From: Squalus acanthias
Lineage: Eukaryota
Assembly: GCA_030390025.1 (NCBI GenBank)
Contig: CM059432.1
Location: 87,794,001-87,858,000, forward strand
DNA length: 64,000 nt
Direction of reading: 5' to 3'
Shown: positions 36,087 through 49,443 of the stretch, in pieces
Layout: each line of letters begins with the position of its first letter
How positions within the stretch are numbered: the stretch's first letter is position 1
Program-made: the position numbers and the translations under genes
Notes under the pieces: model-generated
The model's database searches: none
What the model was told of the DNA's origin: nothing
What the model saw: only the letters and a program-made list of their open reading frames with translations

Positions 36087-38940
36087 GGGCTAGAAATTCA
36101 TTATAGCCAAGGAATAGGCGGTATCAGTAGAAAAGTTGGAGAATTAACGCCAGGCGCTAATGCTTTAGACTGCACGCAAAATTCGTACTCACTGCTCAAA
36201 AAAATGATTGGAGTCCTAATTCAAGTCCTAAAGCTCAAGCTCATTGGCGTTACACTCAAAGGGTGGACCAATATCAGGTGCAGTCTAATCGCAAGTCATG
36301 AATGCCATAGGCTTTTATCAGTACTTAAAGGGGAGATTCATTGATGCTGCAGAACCTCATTCTCAGCATTGCTGGCTGTGCAGCTGTCTCAGCAAGCAGA
36401 AGCAGAATCAGGACAAGGAAAAGGAAATGGAGGACTGAACCAGGTATACTCATGGCAGATCCCCGCCCCAGGGAGAGAGCCTGCAGATTCTGCAATCAAG
36501 CATTAGAGGTGTCGGTTTTTGCTGTGGAGAGACAGAGGGCGGTGCTGTACCCGGCAAGTGGCAGGAGGCCCTAGCCGCAAGTCTTCCGCACCATGTAGAG
36601 GGAGGAAGTGCAGCACGTCTCGGGCAGCACTGTGGTCCCCAGGACCCACACACAGTGCAGGAAGAAATTTAAAGCCCTCACTTGGGTGGTCAGGGTGAGT
36701 GAATGTTTCAATAAATGCTACATACCACCATCTGAAGAATAGTCTTCACACACTGCCCAAAGCACCACACCCCCAGCACTCACCCACCAACAATCTCTAC
36801 CTACCAACACTCACACCCAGATCTCACACCTTGCATACAATCACAGCTATTCAACTATGGGAGGCACATCACCCAAACACATTGCTCCACACTCACTCAC
36901 ACACTTTCCTTTCTCTTGCAGGCCAAGGTAGCTCACAACAGGAGGGAGCAGGAGTGCACAGGCGGGTGACAAGCCGACACCCAACCACTGTCTGCGCTGG
37001 AGAATAGAGTGCTGCAGATTATTGGGCGCCAGGTGGTGTGCGCCGTGGCCACCAGCGATGTTGACCCCCTTGGGGACAACAACAGTATGTTCATCCCTAC
37101 TCCTTCTTCTCACATGCCACTTCCCCCTCACCCCACAAGCGTTTTGCACTTTCCAGCTAATCATACTGTATGCATGCCTTTCTGCCTTCCTGCCCCCCTC
37201 CCCTCACCTTAACCCGACTCTTGTGCCTTTATACTTTCAGATAATGAGCAAGCACCTGAGCAGTCTATCGCTGAGGGCACCATAGAGAGCGAGGAGGGAG
37301 AAGAGGAGGAGGAAGAACACACCGCGTCACTGCATGTCTCACCTGCAGGCACCAGCTCAGATACTGGCACTACGCATTCTTTAGAAGTTAGTATAGTAGC
37401 AGGATCTGCACAGGGTGAGGCACCGGGGATGAGTTGGCTGCAGCAAAGCCAGGGGGAAAGGATAGCTCGGGAGCCAGCTCCCCAGAGAGTGAGTTCGTGT
37501 GTGAGTTCTGCTGCACAGGACTCAGATGAGGACCTTAATGGGGAGGCATTTAGAAGAAGTGTGATGGGCATGCACACGGAGATAATAGGTGCAATGGCAA
37601 GGGTGCCCCAGAGCTTCTCGACAATGGTGAGGAGCATGGAGGAGTCCGCCTCCAACATTGTACAGAGCTCTGTGCACACCATGGAGCCCATCACTTCCAG
37701 TCTGCAAAGGATGGTGGACTCCCAGGGAGACCGTGGTGACCCAAAGCTGATGCCGTGTGTGATGGGCGATCTAGCAGCTTCCAATGCAGCACAGGCGGAA
37801 GCGACGCAACGTCTTAGTGCTGTAATGCAGTCTATGCTTGGTGGCATCCAATCTCCGACTGCTCTCATGCAGTCTCAGCTTGATGCCACGCAAGCTCTGA
37901 CTGCTGCCATCGTGGCTGGGTCTACCACCGTCGACCGGGGCTTTCATGGTGTCTCAGCAGGCCAGCAATCTCTGCTCCAACAGATTGCTAGGGATGCTGA
38001 GGTGCTGCCCCAGGGGAGTGACAGTGGGTCAGTGGAGCAGGAAGCTGCTGTCCTCTCTCAGGATGATAGCATTCCTGCTCCCACCACTGCCACTCCGTCA
38101 TTGCCCTTGTCGCTGCCTGTCATCCAGCCATCCCAGACTGCCGCAGCCCCTGCTGAGGTGGTGCAGTCTACAGCCCAGCCTTCCAGGCCAGAGCTGGTCG
38201 AGGGCATCCTGCAAGACCATCTGAAGTCTCCCGCACGAACACTCAGCAGTCTTCCACCAGCCCTGCTGCAGCCACTGGGCCAACACTTCATAGGAGCACT
38301 AGAGTAGGCAAAGGCACAGCAACAAGAGGCACTAAGGGATTGCACAAGGGTGAATAGTTAATATTGTTGTTGTACATATGTGTTCACTGATTATTGATAC
38401 ATTTATTCATTCACTTACCATTCATTTGTGGTGTCTGTCATTTCAGCTTTGCGGTGTGAAAGGGCCTGCGATAGGATAGTATGATGGAGATGTGGTGAGC
38501 AAAGGGGATATGGGCTTTAAGTCATCCTGGTGTGAGGCTGGAGATCTGTTTGGAGGAGGTGGCAAAGTTCTGTGACCACCTCCTTGGTGAGGCGGAGCCA
38601 TCTAATACACTGCTTCTCGTTTCATTGCAGGTTGAAGAAGTGGTTTCGGAATACCCTCGGAGGGTAAGGCCTCCTGGTGAGAGCCCTGATGTCCCTCCTC
38701 ATCTCTCTGCGCACATGTTCCCATCTTTCTCGCTGCCTACGCTCCCTCTGCCGTAGATCCTGGAGGACGAGGTGGCACGCCAGTACAGTCCCCACTAATG
38801 TTACCAAGTGTAGCAGTTTGATTTTTTGTAGAAATGTAGCTACTTTTTAGTTGCCCCAACACTCCTGATACAAAAGAACCTTCAAATTACTGAATGAAAC
38901 TGTTGGAGGTTGTGAAACTGACAAGAAACCACTGAAACTG
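36087..38940. mobile_element. PIF/Harbinger remnant H7 (H5 family, opposite orientation; transposase largely deleted)
   Basis: TIR gggctagaaattc at 36087; Myb gene on +; only the transposase N-terminus (RRPYPPRVFR) remains on - at ~38530-38810. Confidence 0.9.
36452..38355 (+). pseudogene. H7 Myb/SANT gene, exons 36452-36694, 36922-37084, 37241-38355
   Basis: Donors gtgagt (36695) and gtatgt (37085), acceptors cttgcag (36921) and tttcag (37240); exon 2/3 phase joins in frame to ORF 37429-38307; premature stops in exons 1-2. Confidence 0.9.
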
Positions 38941-40775
38941 CACTCCTCAAAAAATTCAATCAACTTAGTCAGACACAACCTTCCCTTAACAAATCCATGC
39001 TGACTGTCCTTGATTAACCTGTGTCTTTCTAAATGAAGATTTATCCTGTCCCTCAGAACTTTTTCCAATAATCTTCCCACCACTGAAGTTAGGCTGACTG
39101 GCCTATAATTACTCGGTCTACCCCTTTCTCCCTTTTTAAACAAAGGTACAACATTAGTAGTCCTCCAGTCCTCCGGCACCACACCTGTAGCCAGAGAGGA
39201 TTGGAAAATGATGGCCAGAGCCTCTGCTATTTTCTCTTTTGCTTCTCTTAACAGCCTGGGATACATTTCATCCAGGCCTGGGGATTTATCCACTTTCAAA
39301 GCTGCTAAGCCCCTTAATACTTACTCTTTCACTATGTTTATTTCATCTAATATTTCACACTCCTCCTCCCTGATTGCAATCAATGTCTGCATTGCCCCTC
39401 TCTTTTGTGAAAACAGACGCAAAGTATTCATTAAGAACCATACCCACGTCTTCCGCCTCCACACACAGATTAACTTTATGGTCTCTAATAAGCCCTAATC
39501 TTTCTTTAGTTCTTAATGTATTTATAAACCATCTTTGGGTTTTCCTTGATTTTACTTGCCAACATTTTTTCATGCTCTCTCTTTGCTTTCCTAATTTCCT
39601 TTTTAATTGCACCCCTACACTTTCTATACTCCTCTAGAGTTTCCGTAGTATTGAGCCCTCGGTATCTGTCATAAGCCTCCCTTTTTTTCTTTATCCTACC
39701 CTCCTACCCTGTATGTCCCTTGACATCCAGGGGGCTCTAGATTTGTTAGTCCCACCCTTTTTCTTTAAGGGAACATACTTGCTCTGAACCCTCAGGATCT
39801 CCTCCTTGAATGCCTCCCACTGCTCTGACACTGATTTACCTTCAAGTGGCTGCTTCCAGTCTACTTTGGCTAAATCCCATCTCAGCTTAGCAAAATTGGC
39901 TTTTCCCCAATTGAGAACTTTTATTCCTGGCCTATCTTTGTCCTTTTCCATAACTACCCTAAATCTAATTGAATTAAGATCACTACCGCCAAAATGCTCT
40001 CCCACTGATACCCCTTCCACCTGCCCAGCTTCATTCCCTAAAACTAAGTCCAGAACTGTCCCCATCCTTGTTGGGCTTGTTACATACTGGCTAAAAAAGT
40101 TCTCCTGAATGCATTTTAGGAATTCTGCACACTCTATACCTTTCATACTAATTTTATCCCAGTTTATATTAGGGTAGTTGAAATCCCCTACTATTACTGC
40201 CCTATAGTTTTTGCACTTCTCAGAAATTTGCCTACATATTTGCTCTTCTAGCTCGCTCTGACTATTTGGGGGTCTGTAGTACTCTCCCAGCTGTGTGATT
40301 GCCCTTCTTTGATCTTCAATTCAACCCATAGGGCCTGATTTGATGATCTTTCGAACATATCATCCCTCCTCACAGCTGTAATTGTTTCTTTAACCAATAC
40401 TGCGACTCCCCCCCCTTTTTCACCCACCTCTCTATCCCGTCTGAAAACCCTGTAACCAGGAATGTTGAGCTGCCATACCTGCCCTTCTTTCAGCCATGTC
40501 TCAGTAATAGCTATAATATCATACTTCCAAGTGTCTATCTGTGCTCTCAGCTCATCTGCCTTATTCTCTATACTCCTTGCACTGAAGTATATACCATTTA
40601 GCACTGCCAAACTCCCTTGTTGTCTTTTTTCTAGCCCTTGCTTCCACTGTCTTCCAAATTCACTTTCTACTTTGCTGCTTTCTAAATTCAGCTTTGTTTC
40701 TCTCCCTTCTGAATCTATTCTCAGGTTCCCATCCCCCTGCCAAGCTAGTTTAAACCCTCCCAACAGCACTAGCAA
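38941..40775 (-). mobile_element. CR1 LINE fragment (ORF2 endonuclease to start of RT)
   Basis: YDIIAITETWL, PTRMGTVLDLVL, GGSD, KSPGLD, YRPVSLTS, QHGFVKG. Confidence 0.92.
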
Positions 40776-40924
40776 ACTATTCCAGATTTATTTAATTAAC
40801 TGAAATTTAAATTTCGCAGCTGCCGTTGGTGGGCATTTGAATTCTTTTCACCGGATCATTAGTCCAGGCCTCTGAATTACTTGTCCAGGAGCATTACCAC
40901 TATGCTACTATTCCCGAGGGTAGC

Positions 40925-42570
40925 TTAGAGGTGGTAACTGCATGTGGTGAGTCACCGGGCACAAGTGGCCTGCAGCCAGGGCAGGGGGAAAGTGTAGTGC
41001 AGGTGTCAGCTCCCTGGAGGACGAGGTCGCACACGAGGTCTGCAGCACAGAACTCAGATGAGGATTTCGATTGGGTGGCCTACAGAACAAAGCCTAAGGG
41101 TATGCAGAACAAAATGCTTGGTGCATTGGCAGGCCTGCCAGAAAGCCTGAATGCAATGTCAAGGAGCATGGAGGAGTCCAACTCCAACCTTCCACAGGGA
41201 TTTTCTCAGAGCGTGATGCCCATCCTTTCCAGCATAAAAAGGGTGGGCAGATCCATTAGCGCACTTGTGGACCCAACCATGATGCAGCATTTGATGGCCT
41301 TTGTCTCAGCTTCCATTGCAGCACAAGCAGAAGCCACCCAACGTCTGAATGCTGCAATGGAAGCTCAGATTGAAGTCATGCAAGCTCAGCTTGCAGCCAG
41401 ACAAGCACAGACTGCTGCCATCCTGGCTGGGTTTACCAGTGTTGAAAGGAGATTCCAGGGTCTTAAATCAGTCCAGCAATCTATCCTCCAGCAGATTACT
41501 AGGATTGTCCCGGTTGAGTGGCTGTGGCTCCCTGGAGGATGAACCTGCTGTCCTCTCTGTGGGATATGAATGAATTCATATCCCACCACTACCACTCCGC
41601 CAGAGATGCACTCTGGCGAGTACTGCAGGCACCTCTAGAGCGGTCCAGGGAGCGGAAGTGTTGTTTAAGGGCGCCAATGGTCTGCTCTATCAGATTCCGT
41701 GTGGCAGCATGGCTTTTGTTGTATGCATGTGGCCCATGTGTGCGTGGGTTACGCAACAGAGTCATGAGCCACGTGGTCAGTGGATAGCCCTCGTCGCTCA
41801 GTAGCTACCCTTTGGTTTGTCATTGTGACTCAAATGCTATGGTACAGCGGACTACCGCAGAATGAAGGCATCATGACTGCTGCCAGGATACCGAGCATTG
41901 ACCTGCATGATGAGCTGAGTATGGTCACACACCAGCTGGACATTGAGGGAGTGGAATCCAGTTGTGGTACACCTCCAAATTAAGATGCGGCGCCCGAAAA
42001 GCGATGTGCATGCAGTCAATAGCACCCTGCACCATGGGAAGCCTGCTATCCTGGCGAAGCCGCGTGCTCACTTCACCTGCTAATGTATTCAGCTCTCTTT
42101 GCATACAGAGCCTCGCTCACCTCCTTTATACCGGAGTGGACGGTGAACTGGGAGATGTTACAGATGCCGCCTGCTCCAGCCTGGAGGAGCCCAACACGAA
42201 GAAGTTCAAGGCCACGGGCACCTTTACAGCCTCCGGCAATGCCGTCCTCACCCTGCTCTGAGGCTGCAGGTCTGCCTACAGCAGGTGGCAGATTTCAGTG
42301 AGCATCTCCTTAGTGAAGCAGAGACGTCACACATACTGTTCCTCGCTGAGGTGAGGTAGGGGGAATTGCTCCCTGAAGACTCTGGATTTATATGGCCTCC
42401 TGCTGAGAGCCCTTCTCCCCCTCCTCCTCCTCCCTCTTCTAGCAGCTTGTCCTGCTCTGTGTCATCTCTGCTCATTCTCCCTGTCATGCTGCAGGCCAAG
42501 GGGGATACAAACTACTGCACCCATGTCTGGGAGCAACTGGTCTGAGCAGATCGCTTGCAAGTCAGTACCA
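40925..42570. mobile_element. PIF/Harbinger remnant H8 (Myb last exon on +, transposase on -)
   Basis: ORF 40931-41542 parallels 37429-38307; minus strand ~41605-42524 has [13 protein letters not shown] and HAATRNLIEQTIG. Confidence 0.88.
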
Positions 42571-42571
42571 A

Positions 42572-43660
42572 GTCTTCCAAAATTCCCTAGATTCTAGAAT
42601 GGTCCCAGCGGATTGGAAGGTAGCAAAAGTAACCCTGCTATTCAAGAAAGGAGGGAGAGAGAAAACAGGGAACTACAAGCCAGTTAGCCTGACATCGGTC
42701 ATCAGGAAAATGCAGGAATCCATTATTAAGGAAGTGGTAACAGGGCATTTAGAAAATCATAATATGATTAGGCAAAGTCAACATGGTTTTATGAAAGGGA
42801 AATAATGTTTAACAAATTTATTAGAGTTTTTTGAGGATGTAATGAGCAGGGTAGATAAAAGGGAACCAGTGGATGTAGTATATTTGGATTTCCAAAAGGC
42901 ATTCAATAAGGTGCCACGTAAAGGGTTGTTACGCAAGATAAGTGCTCATGGGGTTGGGGGTAATATATTAGCATGGATAGAGGATTGGTTAATGGACAGA
43001 AAACAGTATAGGGATAAACAGGTCATTTTCACGTTGGCAGGCTGTAACTAGTGGGGTGCCGCAAGTGATCAGTGTTTGGGCCTCAGCTATTTAATTTGTA
43101 TTAATGACTTAGATGAAGGGACCGAGTGTAATGTATCCAAGTTTGCTGATGATACAAAGCTAGGTGGGAAAGTAAGCTGTGAGGAGGACACAAAGAGCTT
43201 GCAAAGGGATATAGACAGGTTAAGTGAGTGGGAAAGAACATGGCAGATGGAATATAATGTGGGGAAATGTGAGGTTATTCACTTTGGTAGGAAGAATAGA
43301 AAAACTGAATATTTTTTAAATGGTGACAACTATTAAATGTTGGTGTTCAGAGAGATTTAGGTGTTAGCATGCAGGTACAGCAAGCAATTAGGAAGGCAAA
43401 TGTTGGCCTTTATTGCAAGGGGGTTGGAGTACAAGAGTAAGGAAGTCTTGCTACAATTGTACAGGGCTGTGGTGAGACCACACCTGGAGTACTGTGCACA
43501 GTTTTGGTTTCCTTATCTGAGGAAGGATATACTTGCCTCAGAGGTGGTTCAACGAAGGTTCACTAGATTTATTCCTGGGATGAGAGGGTTGTCCTATAGG
43601 AGAGATTGAGTAGATTGGGCCTATGCTCTTTGGAGTTTTGAAGAATAAGAGGTGATTTTT
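42572..43660 (+). mobile_element. CR1 LINE RT fragment
   Basis: YKPVSLTS, YLDFQKAFNKVP, KFADD, RPHLEYC in frameshifted ORFs. Confidence 0.92.
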
Positions 43661-43949
43661 TTTTAGGTCATGTCTATTTGCAACACCAAATTTCTGATTG
43701 GTCCCCTTGCAGGACAAGACCAGATTTCTGATTGGTCCCCTTGGAGCACAAGACACACCCAACAGTTTGTCTGGAATGTGAAATATGATCTTGTCTGCTG
43801 GAGCAATCAAGATCTTTGCAACGTGTAATTTGATCCATTCATTGTGACAGCCAGGCTCCAGAGCTCACAGTGCTAACACTACTGCTTTCAGATAACAGAC
43901 AGGGCTCACCTTCCCAGGTTAGGAGCAGTCATAGCGCTCACACTGCCAA

Positions 43950-44320
43950 GTTCAGATAGGAAGGGTGAGGCCATGGAGGGATTTTAACATGGGGATGAGA
44001 ATTTTAAAATGAAGGTGTTGGTGGACAACGTTCCCCTTAATATTCTTTTGGGTGCGCGGTCCCTTTAATGGGCTGCACGGCCCATTCAAAGTTTTGCACG
44101 TGCGCAAAATCTCCCATTCAAAAGCCGGTAAACGACCTGCGCAGTTTAGCGGGAACGTTGTTGGTAGACCATGAGCCAATGTAGGTCAACAAGCACAGGG
44201 GTGATGGGTGAATGGGACTTGCTGCGTGTTAGGATACAGGCAGCAGAGATTTGGATGAGCTCAAGTTCATTGAGGGTGAAAGATGGGAGGCCGGCCAGGA
44301 GAGCATTGGAATAGTTGAGT
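43950..44320 (-). mobile_element. L2-like LINE fragment
   Basis: HQHLHFKILIPMLKSLHGLTLP resembles an L2 ORF2 C-terminus. Confidence 0.6.
44026..44160. mobile_element. 135-bp hAT-type MITE
   Basis: TIRs caacgttccccttaa / ttagcgggaacgttg (13/15); 8-bp TSD ttggtgga/ttggtaga. Confidence 0.85.
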
Positions 44321-44759
44321 AAATGTAATGTTATGCATGTTGTAGAACCAACACAGAATACGCTCTCATTTTTAAAAATTAATTTACTTGTTTCCCATCC
44401 CTAGTTGCCCTTGAGAGGGTGGTAGTGAGCTGCCTTCTTGAACCACTGTGGTCTGGGGGCAGGGAGGAGAGGGAGAACGTGGTACAGATATAAAGGGGGT
44501 GGGGGTGGAAGAACATGATTCAGACCTAACAGAGGGTGGGAGAATGTGATCTATCTTCCCATCTGGATCTTGTTCTTGTTCTCACCCCCCACCTCCCCCC
44601 CTCCTTTAGACCTGGATCATGTTCTTCTCCCTCCCACTATTCTCACTGTGCTCCCTTACCAACAAGTTCCTGACCTTCTCCCCTCGAGTTCCTGACCTTC
44701 TCCCCCCGTGTTCCTGACCTTCTCCCCCTCTCCGAGCTACTCCCTCTCCGAGTTCTTCT

Positions 44760-46265
44760 CTCTCCGAGCTCCTCTCCCCCCACTTCGATCTCCTCTCCTC
44801 CCCCTTCGATCCTCTCTCCTCCCCCTTCGATCCCTCTCCACCCCCTTCGATCCCCTCTCCCCCCACTTTGATTCCGCCCTCCTCCCCCTTTGATTCCCCC
44901 CTCCTCCCTTCGATCCCTTCTCCTCCCCCCTCGATCCTCTCTCCTCCCCCTTCGATCTCCTCTCCTCCCCCTTTGATCCCTTCTCCTCCCCCCCTCTTCC
45001 CCTCTCCACCCCCTTCGATCCCCTCTCCCCCCCCTTTGATTCCCCCCTCCTCCCCCTTCGATCCCTTCTCCTCCCCCCCTCGATCCTCTCTCCTCCCCCT
45101 TCGATCTCCTCTCCTCCCCCTTCGATCCTCTCTCTTCCCCCTTCGATCCCCTCTCCTCCCCCTTCGATCCCCTCTCCCCCCCCTTCGATCCCCTCTCCCC
45201 CCACTTTGATCCCCTCTCCTCCCCCTTCGATCCCCTCTCCTCCCCCTTCGATCCTCTCTCTTCCCCCTTCGATCCCCTCTCCTCCCCCTTCGATCCCCTC
45301 TCCCCCCCTTCGATCCCCTCTCCCCCCACTTTGATCCCCTCTCCTCCCCCTTCGATCCTCTCTCCTCCCCCTTCGATCCTCTCTCCTCCCCCTTCGATCC
45401 TCTCTCCTCCCCCTTCGATCCTCTCTCCTCCCCCTTCAATCTCCTCTCCTCCCCCTTCGATCCTCTCTCCTCTCCCTTCGATCTCCTCTCCTCCCCCTTC
45501 GATCCCCTCTCCTCCCCCTTTGATCCCCTCTCCTCCCCCTTCGATCCCCTCTCCTCCCCCTTCGATCCCCTCTCCCCCCCCCTTCGATCCCCTCTCCCCC
45601 CACTTTGATCCCCTCTCCTCCCCCTTCGATCCTCTCTCCTCCCCCTTCAATCTCCTCTCCTCCCCCTTCGATCCTCTCTCCTCTCCCTTCGATCTCCTCT
45701 CCTCCCCCTTCGATCCCCTCTCCTCCCCCTTTGATCCCCTCTCCTCCCCCTTCGATCCCCTCTCCTCCCCCTTCGATCTCCTCTCCTCCCCCTTTGATCC
45801 CCTCTCCTCCCCCTTCGATCCTCTCTCCTCCCCCTTCGATCTCCTCTCCTCCCCCTTCGATCCTCTCTCCTCTCCCTTCGATCTCCTCTCCTCCCCCTTC
45901 GATCCCCTCTCCTCCCCCTTTGATCCCCTCTCCTCCCCCTTCGATCCCCTCTCCTCCCCCTTCGATCCTCTCTCCTCCCCCTTCAATCCTCTCTCCTCCC
46001 CCTTCGATCCTCTCTCCTCCCCCTTCGATCTCCTCTCCTCCCCCTTCGATCCCCTCTCCTCCCCCTTTGATCCCCTCTCCTCCCCCTTCGATCCCCTCTC
46101 CTCCCCCTTCGATCTCCTCTCCTCCCCCTTCGATCCCCTCTCCTCCCCCTTCGATCCCTCTCCTCCCCCTTCGATCCTCTCTCCTCCCCCTTCGATCCTC
46201 TCTCCTCCCCCTTCGATCCTCTCTCTTCCCCCTTCGATCCCTTCTCCTCCCCCTTCAATCCCCTC
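44760..46265. repeat. 21-bp minisatellite (ttcgatcccctctcctccccc)n
   Basis: About 70 tandem units read directly; pyrimidine-rich + strand. Confidence 0.97.
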
Positions 46266-46274
46266 AAATCTCCT

Positions 46275-49211
46275 CCTGCTCTCGCGGACCTGAGCGGGAG
46301 CGGCGGCAGGGGATGCAGCGGCATAAAGGGAGCTGAGCGGGTGACTTAAAAACAAAAAAATACCAAGGAGTGACGTCACAGGACAGCAGGTAGGTGATTG
46401 GTTGGTGAGTATTACAGCTCTTTTGCTCTGTAGGTTAGGTAAGTGGATTAAATTCAGAACTGGGAGACTACTTACTATAACTTTATTGAATTAATAACTG
46501 AAACTAAATTAACTCATTAAAACTAAATATTAAAACTAAAAATAATCGTTTGAATAAAAACTGTAACTAATTACATAAATAAAATAAGGTTGATAGAGAT
46601 GGCAGGGCAGGTGGTGTGTCGTTACTGCAGCATGTGGGATTTGGTGAAGACCAACGAGATCCTGAACAATCACATCTGCAGTAAGTGTCTGCAGCTCGAG
46701 GAACTTCAGCTCAGAGTTGTTGAGCTGGAGTCCGAGCTGCAGACATTGCAATGCATCAGGGAAGGGGAGAGTTACCTGGATACTTTGTTCCAGGAGGCAG
46801 TCACACCCCTTAGGTTAAGTAGTACTTTAGAGTTAGTCAATGGTCAGGGACAGGAGGGTGTGACTGCGAGTCAGGGAGGTATGGGGACCCAGGATATAGT
46901 GATGGAGGAACCTCAGCCCTTGACCAACAGGTACGAGGTATTTGCTACCTGTATGGATGAGAACAAGGACTGCAGGATGGATGGGAAAACTGACCACGGC
47001 ACCATGGTACAGGAGGCCATTCAAGTGGGGGGAGTAAAATGGAATGTGGTAGTGGTAGGTGACGGTAGGTGACAGTATAGTCAAGGGGATAGATACTGTT
47101 CTCTGCAGCCATGACAGGGAGTACCGAAGGCTGTGTTGCCAGGGTTAAGGACATCTCCTCGCGGCTGGAGACAAACTTGGAGTGGGAACGGGAGGATCCA
47201 GTTGTCGTGAGCCACGTAGGAACCAACAACATAGGTAGTACTAGGAATGAGGTTCTGCTGAGAGAGTTTGAGGAGTTGGGGTCCAAATTAAAAAGCAGAA
47301 CCTCAAAGGTAATAATCTCTGGAGTTTTACCTGAGCCACGCACCAATTGGCACAGGGATAAGCAGATTAGAAGGTTAAATGCATGGCTGAAAGAGTGGTG
47401 TGGGAGGCAGGGCTTTTGCTTCATGGGCCACTGACACCAGTACTGGGGAAAGTGGGAGCTGTTTCATTGGGACAGGCTCCACTTAAACCAGGCTGGAACC
47501 AGTGTCCTGGAAAATCGAATAACGTGGGCAGTAGACAGGGCTTTAAACTAATGAAGGGGAGGTGGGAGGATTCAGGAAAGAGTAAATTTAAAAGCAGCAA
47601 GAGAAACGTCAAGGCTCTAGAGCAGAGCAGAGTTTGGGGTAAAAATAAGCCGAGTGGATCAGAAGCGATAGAGAGAGTAACAAAGCTAATAGGGCATCAG
47701 TGACTAAAGTGACATCAGGGAAAAATAGAAAAAAGTCAAAACTAAAGGCACTATATCTGAATGTGCGGAGCATTCACAACAAAATAGATGATTTAATAGC
47801 GCAGATAGAAATTAACAGGTTTGATCTAATAGCCATAACGGAGACGTGGTTGCAAAGTGACCAAGGTTGGGAACTAAATATTCCAGGATACTTAACTTTT
47901 AGAAGAGATAGGCAAAATGAAAAAAGAGGAGGGGTAGCCCTGATAATAAAAGATGGGATAAAGACAGTAGAGAGAAAGGATCTTGGCTCCAAAAATCAAG
48001 AAGTAGAATCAGTTTGGGTGGAGCTAAGAAACAGCAAGGGACAGAAAACATTGGTGGGAGTTGTTTATAGGCCCCCAAACAATAGTTGTAATGTAGGGCA
48101 GAGTATAAATCAGGCGCATGTAACAAGGGTAATACAGTAATCATAGGGGAATTTAATCTACATATAGACTGGGCAAATCAAATTTGCAGTAATAATGTGG
48201 AGGACGAGTTCATGGAATGTATACAAGATAGTTTTCTCGATCAGTATGTTGAGGAACCAACTCGGGAACAGGTTATTTTAGATCTAGTATTATGCAATAG
48301 AAAGGGTTAATTAATAATCTTGTAGTAAAGGGGCCTTTAGGGAAGAGTGACCATAACATGGAAGAATTTTATATTGAGTTTGAAAGTGATTTATTTAAGT
48401 CCGAAACTAGGGTCTTAAATCTGAACAAAGCAAACTACGTAGGTATGAGGGATGAGTTGGCTAAGGTAGATTGGGAAACTACATTAAAAGGTATGATGGT
48501 AGACAAGCAATGGCTAGAATTTAAAGAATTAATACATAATTTACAACAATATACATTCCTTTAAGGCACAAAAACACCACAGGAAAGTGGTCCAACCTTT
48601 AGATCAAAGGAAGAGGCTTATAATGTTGCCAAAAAGAGTAGTAAGCCTGAAGATTGGGAGGATTTTAGAATTCAGCAAAGGAGGACCAAGAAATTGATAA
48701 GGAAAGAGAAAAAAGAATATGAGAGTAAATTAGCAAGAGACATAAAAACAGATTGTAAGCGTTTCTATAGGTATGTAAATAGGAAGAGATTAGTGAAAGT
48801 AAACGTGGGCCTATTAGGGGCAGAGAGAGGAGAAATTATAATGGGCAATAAGGAAATGGCAGAGACATTAAACAAATACTTTGTATCTGTCCTCATGGAA
48901 GAAGACACAAAAAAATTCCAGAAATAATGGGGAACCAAAGGTCTAGAGAGAATGAGGAATATAAAGAAATCAGTATAAATAAAAACATAGCGCTGGAGAA
49001 ATTAATGGGACAAAGTGGCAACAAATCCCCTGGACCTGATGACCTGCATCCTAGGGTTTTAAAAGAGGTAGCTGCAGAAATAGTAGATGCACTGGTATTA
49101 ATCTTCCAGAATTCCCGAGATTCTAGAACAGTCCCCAAGGATTGGAAGGTAGCAAACATAACCCCGCTATTTAAGAAAGGAGACCTCCTGCTCCTATTTC
49201 TTATGTTCTTA
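46275..49211 (+). mobile_element. CR1 LINE with 5' UTR, ORF1 (zinc finger, leucine zipper, SGNH esterase) and ORF2 5' half, internally deleted
   Basis: CRYCSMW..HICSKC..LQLRVVELESEL, VVVGD(S), HVGTNNIG, DRLHL; then LIAITETWL..KSPGPDDLHPRVLKE; jumps at ~49182 to ctcctgctcctatttcttatgttcttatg. 5' boundary approximate. Confidence 0.92.
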
Positions 49212-49400
49212 TGATCCCCTCTCCTCCCCCCTTCAATACCCTCTCCCCTCTTCGATCACTTCTCCTCACTCCTTTGAACCCCTCTCCTCCCTTCGATCCC
49301 CTCACCTCTCACCTTCGATCCCCTCACCTCTCCCCTTCGATCCCCTCTCCTCTCCCCCCTTTGATCCCCCTCCTTTCGCCCCAACCCATCTGATCCCCTG
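49212..49400. repeat. Degenerate continuation of the 21-bp minisatellite
   Basis: gatcccctctcctccccc and ttcgatcccctc units resume right after the CR1 tail. Confidence 0.9.
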
Positions 49401-49443
49401 AACTTCTCCGCACGGAGCTGAGGCCGCCGCACCATTTGGTACT

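Noticed and set aside
44606..46379. Extensin-like Pro-rich and Gly/Glu-rich ORFs
   Set aside because: Translations of a 21-bp minisatellite, open on both strands and in several frames
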